From a virus: a stretch of 35,783 bases of DNA. Made by a program: the position numbers and the translations under genes. Below, in pieces: positions 1 to 9,117 of the stretch (the first letter of the stretch is position 1; each line of letters opens with the position of its first letter). The notes below the pieces were generated by a model that worked only from the letters and a program-made list of their open reading frames with translations, did no database searches and was not told where the DNA came from. The stretch is from UHGV virus genome UHGV-0117379; one strand, given 5' to 3'.

Positions 1-49
1 ACAGTAGCAAGTATGTGTACATTTGTACATAAACCGGAAGAGGAAAATC

Positions 50-613
50 ATGGCCCGTAGACCAAACGATCCGCAGCGCCGCGAGCGCATCCTGCAGGCG
101 ACGCTGGATACCATCGCGGCGCATGGCGTCCATGCGGTAACGCACCGTAAAATCGCCACCTGCGCGAATGTGCCGCTGGGGTCACTGACCTACTATTTTA
201 GCGGCATTGAGGCGTTAATTGAGGAGGCGTTCAGCCTGTTTACTGCCGAGATGTCGGCGCACTACCAGCAAGGCTTCGTCGGGGTAACGAATCAGGAGCA
301 AGCCTGTGATGCCATTGCTGAGCTGATTTTCAGCGCCCAGGTGACCACGGCGCGTAATATGAAGCTGATGTACCAGCTGTATGCTTTTTGCAGCAGTCAG
401 CCGGCGCTGAAGGCGGTGATGCAAAACTGGATGCGGCGCAGCCAGCAGACGCTGGAGCAGTGGTTCGCCCCCGATACCGCCCGCGGTCTCGACGCCTTTA
501 TTGAAGGGATGACCTTGCACTTTGTCACCGACCGCGCGCCGCTGTCGAAGGCGGCAATCCGCATGATGGTCGGGCAGCTGGCGGGGGAGAGGGCGCAGGA
601 AGAGGGGCGCTGA
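50..613 (+). CDS. TetR-family transcriptional regulator (host flank, RcdA/YbjK-like)
   Basis: ORF 23..613; N-terminal HTH ([27 protein letters not shown]) typical of TetR family; GGAAGAGGA RBS 6 nt before ATG at 50 favours this start over ATG at 23; GC-rich host-like composition. Confidence 0.7.
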   Translation: MARRPNDPQRRERILQATLDTIAAHGVHAVTHRKIATCANVPLGSLTYYFSGIEALIEEAFSLFTAEMSAHYQQGFVGVTNQEQACDAIAELIFSAQVTTARNMKLMYQLYAFCSSQPALKAVMQNWMRRSQQTLEQWFAPDTARGLDAFIEGMTLHFVTDRAPLSKAAIRMMVGQLAGERAQEEGR

Positions 614-680
614 AGCGGCGTTTCACCCGGAATGGCTAAACGCAGGCAACAAAAAACCCATTTATGTAAACGGGATAATG

Positions 681-714
681 AAAACAATAAGTTAGATTAA
701 AAACAATAAGTTAG
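681..714. repeat. Tandem direct repeat AAAACAATAAGTTAG x2 (period 19 bp) next to integrase 3' end
   Basis: Exact 15-mer at 681..695 and 700..714, read directly in sequence. Confidence 0.8.
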
Positions 715-735
715 GTTGGTGGTCAGTGGTGGTTA

Positions 736-1788
736 TTACGGGGTAATGCCAACCGCTGCCGCCACTTTGTCGCCACTTGGCAGCGTTGCCAGAGGATTGA
801 AACGGAGCGCCGTTTCCAGATGATCCGGTGCCAGATGTGCGTAACGCATAGTCATTTTTATATCGTGGTGTCCGAGAATTTTTTGTAAGGCCAGAATGTT
901 TCCACCCGACATCATGAAGTGCGCCGCAAACGTATGGCGCAGAACGTGTGTGAGTTGACCGCGAGGGAGCACGATAGACGTTTTTTCCATCACGGATAAA
1001 AATTGAAAATAGCAGTCTGTGAAGAAATTGAACCCATCAAGCGCCATGATCTCTTCGTAAAGCTCTTTACTGATAGGGATGCTTCTGTTTTTCTTCCCCT
1101 TCGTTCTGACAAAGGTAATTCGGTATTTGGTCACCTGTGAGCGGGTAAGATTTACGGCTTCACGCCAGCGTGCGCCTGTGCTTAAGCATATCTTAACTAC
1201 CAGTGCCAGAATTGGGTCCTGACGTTTGCAATCAGCCAGCAATTCAACAATCTGCTCATGGGTAAGCCATGCCATCTCTTTTTCTGCGATGGTGAATTTT
1301 CGCATGTTCTCCAGTGGGTTCGGATACGACCATTCGCCCAGACGGGATAGTTCGCTAAAAACACTACTTAGATAGCTTTGCTCCAGGTTAATGGTGACCG
1401 GGCTTGCTCCTTTCTTCCATTTCTCGCTGAAGTAGATCTCGCCTGTCAGGCGTTTATCTCGATAGTGGGCAAACATTTTAGAGGTGAGATCGGTTGCAAG
1501 AGGATTGCCTAGAGCGTCAACCATCAGCAGCAATTTGTCATAGACATGCTGTCCAGCAGTCAGAGATTTACCATGTAGTTTGAACCATAGCTCAACCACG
1601 TCTTTCAGGGTTCGACGATCCACTGATTCGCCCAGCCAGGGCTTTGATTCGGTTTCTTCCATCGTGTGACGCTCAAAAGCCAGAGCTTCGCCTTTGGTGG
1701 CGAATTGTTTACGCACACGACGCCCACTTCGTCCGGCGGGGTAACATTCGCAAAGCCATTTCCCTGTGGTGAGTTTTCGTACTGCCAT
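736..1788 (-). CDS. int: Phage integrase, tyrosine recombinase (P2 Int family)
   Basis: ORF 736..1944 trimmed to ATG at 1786..1788 (MAVRKLTTGKW...), which aligns with the P2 Int N-terminus; C-terminal catalytic motifs HVLRHTFAAHF...GHHDIKMTMRYAHL. Confidence 0.9.
   Translation of the reverse strand: MAVRKLTTGKWLCECYPAGRSGRRVRKQFATKGEALAFERHTMEETESKPWLGESVDRRTLKDVVELWFKLHGKSLTAGQHVYDKLLLMVDALGNPLATDLTSKMFAHYRDKRLTGEIYFSEKWKKGASPVTINLEQSYLSSVFSELSRLGEWSYPNPLENMRKFTIAEKEMAWLTHEQIVELLADCKRQDPILALVVKICLSTGARWREAVNLTRSQVTKYRITFVRTKGKKNRSIPISKELYEEIMALDGFNFFTDCYFQFLSVMEKTSIVLPRGQLTHVLRHTFAAHFMMSGGNILALQKILGHHDIKMTMRYAHLAPDHLETALRFNPLATLPSGDKVAAAVGITP
756..775. other. Candidate attL core (CTGCCGCCACTTTGTCGCCA), 19/20 identical to 35736..35755
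   Basis: Direct repeat found by eye at both prophage extremities; lies inside the 3' end of int. Confidence 0.4.
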
Positions 1789-1976
1789 AAAAAATGCCCT
1801 CCAGTAGAGAGCATTTTTACTGTATGTATAACCAGTGTCAATGTATGAAATCCTACGACCATACATCTCACTGAAGCCATAATGAAGTTGGCTATTCTTT
1901 TTGCTATGTGAGCATGTAACTTTTGCGGTTAACCTGCGGCTCATTTTTATTTTAGACGCAGATATAAAAACAAAAG

Positions 1977-2168
1977 TTATCGTGAGTTTTTAGTACAGAT
2001 TTTTTTGGATTTACTAATAGTTCCATCATTGCAAACGAATTTGCCATCTGAGGTACAGTGAGAAACACCTCCCTTTTTCCCTGAGCAGGGATAATTTCTA
2101 GCATAGGTAGTTAGTGGGTTTAATAACAAAGAACATGACAAAACCACAAAAAATACCTTACCAAGCAT
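1977..2168 (-). CDS. Small secreted Cys-rich protein (63 aa, signal peptide), cargo between int and cI
   Basis: Hydrophobic N-terminus ([23 protein letters not shown]) then about 40 aa with 5 Cys; strong RBS GGGAGGA 4 nt upstream; starts 15 nt after cI stop so likely co-transcribed with cI. Confidence 0.5.
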   Translation of the reverse strand: MLGKVFFVVLSCSLLLNPLTTYARNYPCSGKKGGVSHCTSDGKFVCNDGTISKSKKICTKNSR

Positions 2169-2183
2169 AGTTTCCTCCCGGTA

Positions 2184-2753
2184 CTATTTAACATACTTGA
2201 CTGTTAAACTTATAATTTTACCAATTATTTCAATGTCTTCTATCTTGCATTCGAAGGCTCTGTTTCCACCCTCGACGAAGATTCTTCCACCGGGTAAACG
2301 AGTAATGTCACGGATCGTTATTTCGCCATCAATACTTATTACCCATTTACCATCACGTATATCATCAAATTCTTTATCACAAATAAATTCAGAATTGTTA
2401 TCTGTGATGACAAAAGGTTTTTTAAACGTAGAGGGTAGAAATCCCTTATCAAAAATATAAAAACCGTCTTTCTGCAATGCTCCATCAGACAATAAATATT
2501 TTTCTACTTCTATAGTATTTGTATTTGCTGATGCTTGCTTTGAACCATGCCCTGTTGTTAGCCAATTAAGCGAGGTGCCCGTTTCAAGGGCGCACTGGAT
2601 TACCCAATCTGCTGGAAAAATATCACGCATATAGCGCGTTGCCATGGTGCTCTTAGAAACACCTAAATGATCACAGAGAGCCTGACGAGTACCGAACCCA
2701 TATGCTTCAACTAAACGTTCTATGGCTTTCTTACCGCCGCTATTGAAATCCAC
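2184..2753 (-). CDS. cI: 186-type CI immunity repressor
   Basis: N-terminal HTH (RLVEAYGFG...CALETGTSLNWLTTGHG) and C-terminus (WVISIDGEITIRDITRLPGGRIFVEGGNRAFECKIEDIEIIGK) align with phage 186 CI as recalled; GTG at 2751..2753 preceded by GGAGGA gives 189 aa, consistent with the about 192 aa 186 CI; alternative GTG at 2840. Confidence 0.75.
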   Translation of the reverse strand: MDFNSGGKKAIERLVEAYGFGTRQALCDHLGVSKSTMATRYMRDIFPADWVIQCALETGTSLNWLTTGHGSKQASANTNTIEVEKYLLSDGALQKDGFYIFDKGFLPSTFKKPFVITDNNSEFICDKEFDDIRDGKWVISIDGEITIRDITRLPGGRIFVEGGNRAFECKIEDIEIIGKIISLTVKYVK

Positions 2754-2898
2754 AAGTCCTCCAAAGAAATCCAAAATTCGTTGACAGATTCCAAAAGCGA
2801 TCTTAAAGTTGAACCAGAAGTGTTCTTTTGGAGCCTTCACTACTAATCACGACAAACAACGGCTCGCCACAAGCCATATCTAGAAGGAATGTTGCCTT
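2754..2898. promoter_or_regulatory. Lysis-lysogeny switch region between divergently oriented cI and apl (pR/pL, operators)
   Basis: Intergenic between leftward cI and rightward apl; TTGACA at 2791..2796 with TAAAGT 17 bp downstream is a candidate pR; 186 has the same face-to-face arrangement. Confidence 0.45.
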
Positions 2899-3102
2899 AT
2901 GACACCTAACATTTCAATTACTCTGAATACACCACATGTCACAATCGAACGTTATAGCGAACTGACTGGCCTTTCTATTGATACGATTAACGACATGTTG
3001 GCTGATGGCCGACTACCTCGTCATCGTCTTCGTAAAGACAAAAAACGTGAAAAGGTAATGATTAACCTGGCTGCTCTGACTGTTGATGCTTTGTCTGCTT
3101 AA
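2899..3102 (+). CDS. apl: Apl-like excisionase/Cro-like HTH protein
   Basis: 67 aa; HTH ([28 protein letters not shown]) of the excisionase/AlpA type; first rightward gene opposite cI, as in 186. Confidence 0.65.
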   Translation: MTPNISITLNTPHVTIERYSELTGLSIDTINDMLADGRLPRHRLRKDKKREKVMINLAALTVDALSA

Positions 3103-3166
3103 TAGACGTCTATTTTCGCAATAAGACGCTGAGTTCGATTTTGCGATAAGTTCGGAGTTGAAAACC

Positions 3167-3676
3167 ATGTTTGATTACCAAGTTTCCAAACATCCACATT
3201 TTGATGAAGCCTGTCGTGCATTCGCACTGCGCCACAATCTGGTGCAACTGGCAGAACGTGCGGGCATGAATGTGCAGATTCTGCGGAACAAGCTGAACCC
3301 AGCTCAACCTCATTTATTAACCGCACCAGAAATCTGGCTGCTTACCGATCTGACTGAAGATTCAACGTTGGTAGATGGTTTTCTGGCACAGATTCATTGT
3401 CTGCCATGTGTACCGATTAATGAGGTAGCAAAAGAGAAACTGCCACATTACGTCATGAGTGCAACCGCAGAGATCGGGCGTGTTGCTGCAGGTGCGGTAT
3501 CTGGCGATGTAAAAACCAGTGCAGGTCGTCGTGATGCTATCAGCAGCATTAACTCTGTAACACGACTGATGGCGCTGGCGGCTGTTTCATTGCAGGCCCG
3601 TTTACAGGCTAATCCTGCGATGGCGAGTGCAGTTGATACCGTGACTGGCCTCGGTGCTTCATTCGGTTTGCTGTGA
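3167..3676 (+). CDS. cII: CII lysogeny-establishment activator (186 CII-like)
   Basis: 169 aa from ATG 3167 (GGAG 9 nt upstream); near colinear match to 186 CII (MFDFQVSKHPH...[28 protein letters not shown]...NPAM..GASFGL). Confidence 0.85.
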   Translation: MFDYQVSKHPHFDEACRAFALRHNLVQLAERAGMNVQILRNKLNPAQPHLLTAPEIWLLTDLTEDSTLVDGFLAQIHCLPCVPINEVAKEKLPHYVMSATAEIGRVAAGAVSGDVKTSAGRRDAISSINSVTRLMALAAVSLQARLQANPAMASAVDTVTGLGASFGLL

Positions 3677-3683
3677 GGTGCTT

Positions 3684-3980
3684 ATGCTGACGAAAGAACC
3701 ATCATTTGCATCGCTGCTGGTAAAACAAAGCCCGGCAATGCACTACGGTCACGGCTGGATCATGGGTGAGGATGGTAAACGCTGGCATCCGTGCCGTTCA
3801 CAAGATGAATTGCTGTCTGAATTGACCACGGGGAAACGGAGAAAGTCAAAATGTATGCAGCGGAAAGTGAAGTGGTTTATCAGTTTCGTTACAGAGGGGA
3901 GAGTTATTCAGTACCTGAAGATGATTTGCTCTGTTGTTATCCGTCGTTGTCGGGCGATGGCAGTTACTTTTTCACGCTAA
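3684..3980 (+). CDS. Fil-like small protein (186 fil position), extent uncertain
   Basis: ATG 3684 with GAGG RBS; MLTKEPSFASLLVKQSP...GKRWHPCRSQ; the 3' portion overlaps the next gene in another frame, so the true end may be earlier. Confidence 0.4.
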   Translation: MLTKEPSFASLLVKQSPAMHYGHGWIMGEDGKRWHPCRSQDELLSELTTGKRRKSKCMQRKVKWFISFVTEGRVIQYLKMICSVVIRRCRAMAVTFSR

Positions 3981-4075
3981 AGGATGGGACGTTTTTACGG
4001 GGAGAGCAGGTTAAAGAGACGATACGAAAAAATGTATCTCCTCTTGAACGTTACCGTAAGAGCAAAGAACGATAG
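3851..4075 (+). CDS. Dhr-like small protein
   Basis: 74 aa; MYAAESEVVYQFRYRGESYSVPEDDLLCCYPSLSGDGSYFFTLKDG resembles 186 Dhr as recalled. Confidence 0.5.
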   Translation: MYAAESEVVYQFRYRGESYSVPEDDLLCCYPSLSGDGSYFFTLKDGTFLRGEQVKETIRKNVSPLERYRKSKER

Positions 4076-4097
4076 TTGCGTTTTGGGGATATGAATT

Positions 4098-4439
4098 ATG
4101 GCAATTAATGGCGCTGCGGCGACTGTTCCATTAAGCCCCGGTGAACGCCTGAATGGACTTAATCACATTGCGGAGTTAAGGGCGAAAGTTTTTGGCCTGA
4201 ATATTGAGTCAGAGCTTGAGCGGTTTATTAAAGATATGCGTGATCCACGGGATATCAATAGCGAACAAAATAAACGGGCACTGGCTGCCATATTCTTTAT
4301 GGCAAAAATTCCAGCTGAACGTCATAGCATCAGCATTAATGAGCTGACCACTGACGAAAAGCGGGAGTTGATTAAAGCAATGAATCATTTTCGTGCAGTG
4401 GTGAGCTTATTTCCCAGACGGCTAACCATGCCGAATTAA
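4098..4439 (+). CDS. Hypothetical early phage protein (113 aa)
   Basis: Intact ORF with GGGGA RBS; phage-like GC content; no recognisable domain. Confidence 0.55.
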   Translation: MAINGAAATVPLSPGERLNGLNHIAELRAKVFGLNIESELERFIKDMRDPRDINSEQNKRALAAIFFMAKIPAERHSISINELTTDEKRELIKAMNHFRAVVSLFPRRLTMPN

Positions 4440-4506
4440 CCAGCTAATGAAATTAATGGCGTAAACCCGCCGGGCATCCCTTTATCTAAATTCAGGAGAA
4501 TTGATT

Positions 4507-4740
4507 ATGCGTAATATTGAAACCCTCACGACTAAAACCGGACCGGATGACGCAGGGCTTAATATTTTACTGACAGAGGCTCGTCTGGAAGAACGCCGGG
4601 CAAGGGCTGAAGCAATGGCTGCCCGCCTTGATAGTCTTGCGTGTCATATCACATCCCGCCAGCTAAACCACGTCGAAGCGGCAGAACTGCTGCGTGTGAC
4701 CGCTGAAGCAATCCAGAACGAAGCGCAGGAGATCCACTAA
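4507..4740 (+). CDS. Hypothetical early phage protein (77 aa)
   Basis: ATG 4507 with AGGAG 8 nt upstream; stop overlaps next start (TAATG). Confidence 0.55.
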   Translation: MRNIETLTTKTGPDDAGLNILLTEARLEERRARAEAMAARLDSLACHITSRQLNHVEAAELLRVTAEAIQNEAQEIH

Positions 4741-4967
4741 TGGCTGATGCAATGGATCTCGTACAGCAGCGCGTTGAAGAAGAACGCCAGCGCCATATCC
4801 GTGCTGCCCGTGCCAAAACACCGGGCGTGTCTCGCGTGCTTTGCATTGAATGTGAAGCGCCAATTCCGCCAGCACGCCGCCGCGCCATTCCAGGAGTGCA
4901 GCTTTGCATTACCTGTCAGGAAATCGCAGAGCTGAAAGGCAAACATTACAACGGAGGTGCTGTATGA
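4740..4967 (+). CDS. TraR/DksA-family C4 zinc-finger protein
   Basis: CIECEAPIP...LCITCQ four-Cys motif typical of the phage TraR/DksA family; translationally coupled to flanking genes. Confidence 0.7.
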   Translation: MADAMDLVQQRVEEERQRHIRAARAKTPGVSRVLCIECEAPIPPARRRAIPGVQLCITCQEIAELKGKHYNGGAV

Positions 4968-5266
4968 CAGGGGCTGTGCGTATCCATCAATTAAAAATTG
5001 CACCTAAGTATTTCAACGCTGTGGTTGCAGGTCAAAAGACGGCTGAACTTCGTAAAGACGATCGTGGCTATAAAGTTGGTGATGTTCTTTCTCTTTGCGA
5101 ATGGAAGCATGGCGTATTTACGGGTAGGGAATGGGCCGCGGTTATCTCTCATGTGCTTCCGGTTAATGACGTCATGGCAGTTTCAGAACAATGGGTGATG
5201 CTATCAATTCGCTCATTAACCCCATTAGAAGCTTTAGGATATGTTATTGCAGGAGGTGCTGTATGA
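4964..5266 (+). CDS. DUF3850/ASCH-like small protein
   Basis: ATG 4964 (GGAGG upstream; ATGA overlap with previous stop); [36 protein letters not shown] motif. Confidence 0.55.
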   Translation: MTGAVRIHQLKIAPKYFNAVVAGQKTAELRKDDRGYKVGDVLSLCEWKHGVFTGREWAAVISHVLPVNDVMAVSEQWVMLSIRSLTPLEALGYVIAGGAV

Positions 5267-6120
5267 GCACCATCCTGAAATGGGCGGGTAATAAAACCAC
5301 CATTATGTCCGAACTGAAAAAATACCTTCCTGCTGGCACGCGACTGGTTGAACCTTTCGCGGGTTCTTGTGCTGTGATGATGGAGACGGATTACCCCAGC
5401 TATCTGGTTGCGGATATTAATCCTGATTTAATCAACCTCTATAAAAAGGTTGCTGCTGATTGTGAGGCGTTTATATCTCGTGCCAGAGCTTTATTTGAGG
5501 AAGCAAACAGAGAGGTGGCTTATTACAACATAAGGCAGGAGTTTAATTACTCCACTGAAATTACTGATTTCATGAAAGCGGTATATTTTCTGTATCTCAA
5601 TCGTCATGGTTACCGTGGGCTATGTCGCTATAACAAGAGCGGGTATTTCAACATTCCCTACGGTAATTATAAAAATCCGTATTTCCCTGAAAAAGAAATT
5701 CGCGCATTTGCAGAGAAAGCCCAGCGGGCAACGTTTATCTGCGCCAGCTTTGATGAAACGCTGGCGATGTTGAAGGCGGGGGATGTGGTGTATTGCGATC
5801 CGCCTTATGACGGTACGTTTTCCGGCTATCACACTGATGGCTTCACTGAAGATGACCAGTATCACCTGGCATCCGTTCTTGAACATCGATCATCTGAAGG
5901 TCATCCGGTCATTGTTTCTAACAGTGACACATCCCTGATCCGTTCGCTGTATCGCAATTTTACTCACCACTACATCAAGGCAAAACGCAGCATCGGCGTG
6001 GCAGCTGGTGAGAGTAAATCTGCAACAGAAATCATCGCTGTTTCCGGGCCGCGCTGCTGGGTAGGATTTGATCCTTCGCGTGGCGTGGATTGTTCCGTCG
6101 TGTACGGAGTGCGTGCATGA
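5263..6120 (+). CDS. dam: DNA adenine methyltransferase (Dam, N6-adenine, D12 class)
   Basis: [17 protein letters not shown] (SAM-binding) and DPPY catalytic motif; ATGA overlaps at both ends (5263..5266 and 6117..6120). Confidence 0.85.
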   Translation: MSTILKWAGNKTTIMSELKKYLPAGTRLVEPFAGSCAVMMETDYPSYLVADINPDLINLYKKVAADCEAFISRARALFEEANREVAYYNIRQEFNYSTEITDFMKAVYFLYLNRHGYRGLCRYNKSGYFNIPYGNYKNPYFPEKEIRAFAEKAQRATFICASFDETLAMLKAGDVVYCDPPYDGTFSGYHTDGFTEDDQYHLASVLEHRSSEGHPVIVSNSDTSLIRSLYRNFTHHYIKAKRSIGVAAGESKSATEIIAVSGPRCWVGFDPSRGVDCSVVYGVRA

Positions 6121-8531
6121 GCCATGCTGATATGAACAACTGCAGCGGCTTTAACGAGGTCGCCGCAGCATTCTCATGGAACAGCCCGAAAAAGGCCATT
6201 AACCCTTATCTGGACCCGGCGGAAGTTGCGCCGGTTTCTGCGCTTTCAAACCTGATCACTCTGTACGCTGCCGATAACGAGCAGGAACAACTGCGCCGCG
6301 AGGCACTGAGTGATCAGGTCTGGGAGCGTTATTTCTTTAATGAATCCCGTGATCCTGTCCAACGCGAAATGGAGCAGGATAAGCTAATTAGCCGGGCAAA
6401 GCTGGCGCATGAGCAGCAGCGTTTTAATCCAGACATGGCCATTCTGGCGGACGTCAACGCCCAGCCTTCCCATATCAGCAAGCCGCTGATGCAACGTATT
6501 AAATACTTCAGCAGCCTGGGCAGGCCAAAGGCTTATTCCCGCTATTTGCGTGAGACGATTAAGCCATGCCTGGAACGACTGGAGCATGTACGCGACAGTC
6601 AGCTATCCACTTCTTTTCGCTTTATGGCAAGCCATGAAGGGCTGGACGGCCTGCTGATCCTGCCTGAAATGAGTCAGGATCAGGTGAAACGCCTGTCCAC
6701 CTTGGTAGCTGCGCATATGAGCATGTGCCTTGATACAGCTTGTGGCGATTTGTATGCCACCGATGATGTTACGCCAGAAGAAATCCGCAAGACATGGGAA
6801 AAGGTGGCAGCGGAAACCCTGCGTCTGGATGTTATCCCGCCTGCGTTTGAGCAACTCCGTCGGAAAAGAAACCGCCGTAAACCCGTGCCTTATGAACTCA
6901 TTCCTGGTTCGCTGGCGCGTATGTTATGCGCCGACTGGTGGTATCGGAAATTATGGAAGATGCGTTGCGAATGGCGGGAAGAGCAGTTGCGTGCTGTTTG
7001 CCTGGTCAGCAAAAAAGCATCTCCCTATGTCAGCTATGAAGCCGTGATGCATAAACGTGAGCAGCGCCGTAAGTCGCTGGAGTTTTTCCGTTCTCATGAA
7101 CTGGTGAACGAAGACGGCGACACGCTGGATATGGAAGACGTGGTAAACGCCAGCAGCAGCAACCCTGCGCATCGCCGCAATGAGATGATGGCCTGTGTTA
7201 AAGGTCTGGAGCTTATCGCGGAAATGCGCGGTGACTGCGCCGTTTTCTACACCATCACCTGTCCGTCACGTTTCCATTCCACGCTAAATAACGGCAGGCC
7301 CAACCCGACCTGGACAAATGCGACGGTAAGACAAAGCAGTGATTATCTGGTCGGTATGTTTGCTGCATTTCGTAAGGCGATGCACAAAGCCGGATTACGC
7401 TGGTATGGCGTGCGGGTGGCTGAGCCGCATCATGACGGTACAGTTCACTGGCACCTGTTGTGTTTTATGCGCAAAAAAGATCGCCGCGCCATTACTGCTT
7501 TGTTGCGTAAGTTTGCCATTCGTGAAGACCGCGAGGAGCTGGGTAATAACACGGAACCACGCTTTAAGTCTGAGCTGATAAACCCGCGCAAAGGTACGCC
7601 AACAAGCTACATCGCGAAATACATCAGTAAGAACATTGACGGGCGTGGTCTGGCTGGCGAGATCAGCAAGGAAACGGGTAAATCCCTGCGTGATAACGCC
7701 GAATACGTTAATGCCTGGGCGTCTCTGCATCGTGTTCAGCAATTCCGCTTCTTTGGCATTCCGGGGCGTCAGGCTTACCGTGAACTGCGATTGCTGGCTG
7801 GTCAGGCGGCAAGGCAACAGGGGGACAAAAAAGCAGGTGCGCCGGTACTGGATAACCCGCGCCTTGATGCCATCCTGGCTGCCGCTGATGCTGGCTGTTT
7901 TGCCACCTACATCATGAAGCAGGGCGGCGTACTGGTTCCCCGCAAATATCACCTCATCAGAACCGCTTATGAAATCAACGAAGAGCCGACCGCCTATGGC
8001 GATCACGGTATTCGTATTTATGGCATCTGGTCACCCATTGCAGAGGGCAAGATCTGCACTCATGCGGTGAAGTGGAAAATGGTTCGTAAGGCCGTTGACA
8101 TTCAGGAGGCGGCAGCCGACCAGGGCGCTTGCGCCCCTTGGACTCGTGGCAATAACTGTCCCCTTGCTGAAAATTTGAACCAACAAGGGAAAGACAAATC
8201 AGCTGATGGGGATACCAGAACGGAGATCACCCGCATGGATGACAAGGAGTTGCACGATTACCTGCACAGTATGAGCAAAAAAGAGCGCCGGGAACTGGCA
8301 GCAAGGTTACGCCTGGTGAAACCGAAATGGCGTAAAGACTACAAACAGCGAATTACAGAGCATCAGCGTCAGCAGCTCGTCTATGAACTGAAGTCCAGAG
8401 GATTTGATGGCAGCGAGAAAGAGGTCGATCTGCTCCTTCGCGGTGGCAGTATTCCGTCAGGAGCAGGCCTGCGTATCTTCTATCGGAACCAGCGTTTGCA
8501 GGAAGATGATAAGTGGCGGAACCTGTATTAA
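6117..8531 (+). CDS. A: Replication initiation protein A (P2 gpA family rolling-circle nickase)
   Basis: 804 aa; HWHLLCF and YIAKYISK (paired active-site Tyr) motifs typical of P2 gpA; position after the early operon. Confidence 0.9.
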   Translation: MSHADMNNCSGFNEVAAAFSWNSPKKAINPYLDPAEVAPVSALSNLITLYAADNEQEQLRREALSDQVWERYFFNESRDPVQREMEQDKLISRAKLAHEQQRFNPDMAILADVNAQPSHISKPLMQRIKYFSSLGRPKAYSRYLRETIKPCLERLEHVRDSQLSTSFRFMASHEGLDGLLILPEMSQDQVKRLSTLVAAHMSMCLDTACGDLYATDDVTPEEIRKTWEKVAAETLRLDVIPPAFEQLRRKRNRRKPVPYELIPGSLARMLCADWWYRKLWKMRCEWREEQLRAVCLVSKKASPYVSYEAVMHKREQRRKSLEFFRSHELVNEDGDTLDMEDVVNASSSNPAHRRNEMMACVKGLELIAEMRGDCAVFYTITCPSRFHSTLNNGRPNPTWTNATVRQSSDYLVGMFAAFRKAMHKAGLRWYGVRVAEPHHDGTVHWHLLCFMRKKDRRAITALLRKFAIREDREELGNNTEPRFKSELINPRKGTPTSYIAKYISKNIDGRGLAGEISKETGKSLRDNAEYVNAWASLHRVQQFRFFGIPGRQAYRELRLLAGQAARQQGDKKAGAPVLDNPRLDAILAAADAGCFATYIMKQGGVLVPRKYHLIRTAYEINEEPTAYGDHGIRIYGIWSPIAEGKICTHAVKWKMVRKAVDIQEAAADQGACAPWTRGNNCPLAENLNQQGKDKSADGDTRTEITRMDDKELHDYLHSMSKKERRELAARLRLVKPKWRKDYKQRITEHQRQQLVYELKSRGFDGSEKEVDLLLRGGSIPSGAGLRIFYRNQRLQEDDKWRNLY

Positions 8532-8623
8532 TTACGCGGGTTAACAATTCGTGCTCTTAATAATACCAGGCATATCAGGCTGATGAACGTAAAAAAACGT
8601 TTTACATCAGTAAGATTATTATA

Positions 8624-8643
8624 TACTGTAAATATAAACAGTG
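8624..8643. promoter_or_regulatory. LexA (SOS) box TACTGTAAATATAAACAGTG
   Basis: Perfect CTGT-N8-ACAG with AT-rich spacer, directly upstream of the 8685 ORF; TTTACA -35 at 8601..8606. Confidence 0.7.
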
Positions 8644-8684
8644 GCTATACATACAGTGTTGCGTGTGGTGTCATAGGAGGAAAG

Positions 8685-8873
8685 ATGCAGGACTATTTTT
8701 TGGAGTCTTTGAAGCTCCAGCGCATTGATTTTTTTCTTAAGCTTGTAGCGGCTAGTGAGTGTAGTGATGAAGAGAAGGGGCTGGCTTTGCAATGGGTTTC
8801 TGAACTGACAGATGAACTCATGGCAAAAATCAGAACCCACGAATACAACCGCTCAATGGATGTCATCAGCTGA
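8685..8873 (+). CDS. LexA-controlled small protein (62 aa), possible Tum-like antirepressor
   Basis: ATG 8685 with AGGAGG RBS immediately downstream of the LexA box; occupies the position of 186 tum; no sequence-level recognition. Confidence 0.45.
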   Translation: MQDYFLESLKLQRIDFFLKLVAASECSDEEKGLALQWVSELTDELMAKIRTHEYNRSMDVIS

Positions 8874-8883
8874 GGTGACTTTT

Positions 8884-9117
8884 ATGCGCATTGAAATAAT
8901 GATCGATAAAGAGCAGAAGATTAGCCAGTCTACCCTGGACGCCCTTGAATCCGAGCTTTACCGCAATCTGCGCCCCCTGTATCCCAAGACGGCGATCCGC
9001 ATTCGCAAAGGCAGTGCCAACGGTATCGAGTTGACCGGCTTAAAACTTGATGAGGATAAGCAGCGGGTAATGGAAATTATGCAGCAGGTCTGGGAAGACG
9101 ACAGCTGGCTGCATTAG
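8884..9117 (+). CDS. DinI-family protein
   Basis: 77 aa; MRIEIMIDKEQ...L..LESEL..NL...YP...IRIRKGSANGIELTG...DEDKQRVMEIMQQVWEDDSW matches the DinI pattern (MRIEVTI......ETWESADDW); GAGGTGA RBS. Confidence 0.75.
   Translation: MRIEIMIDKEQKISQSTLDALESELYRNLRPLYPKTAIRIRKGSANGIELTGLKLDEDKQRVMEIMQQVWEDDSWLH

Noticed and set aside
23-49. Longer N-terminal extension of the TetR ORF (ATG at 23)
   Set aside because: No RBS; ATG at 50 has a good Shine-Dalgarno and gives a canonical TetR N-terminus
2754-2840. Extended cI ORF starting at GTG 2840 (218 aa)
   Set aside because: The extension has no RBS; internal GTG at 2753 with GGAGGA gives the 186 CI length; the extension overlaps the predicted switch promoters. 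Kept as an alternative only
8586-8602. Small palindrome AACGT-AAAAAA-ACGTT downstream of gene A
   Set aside because: Stem only 5 bp; too weak to call a terminator or operator without other evidence
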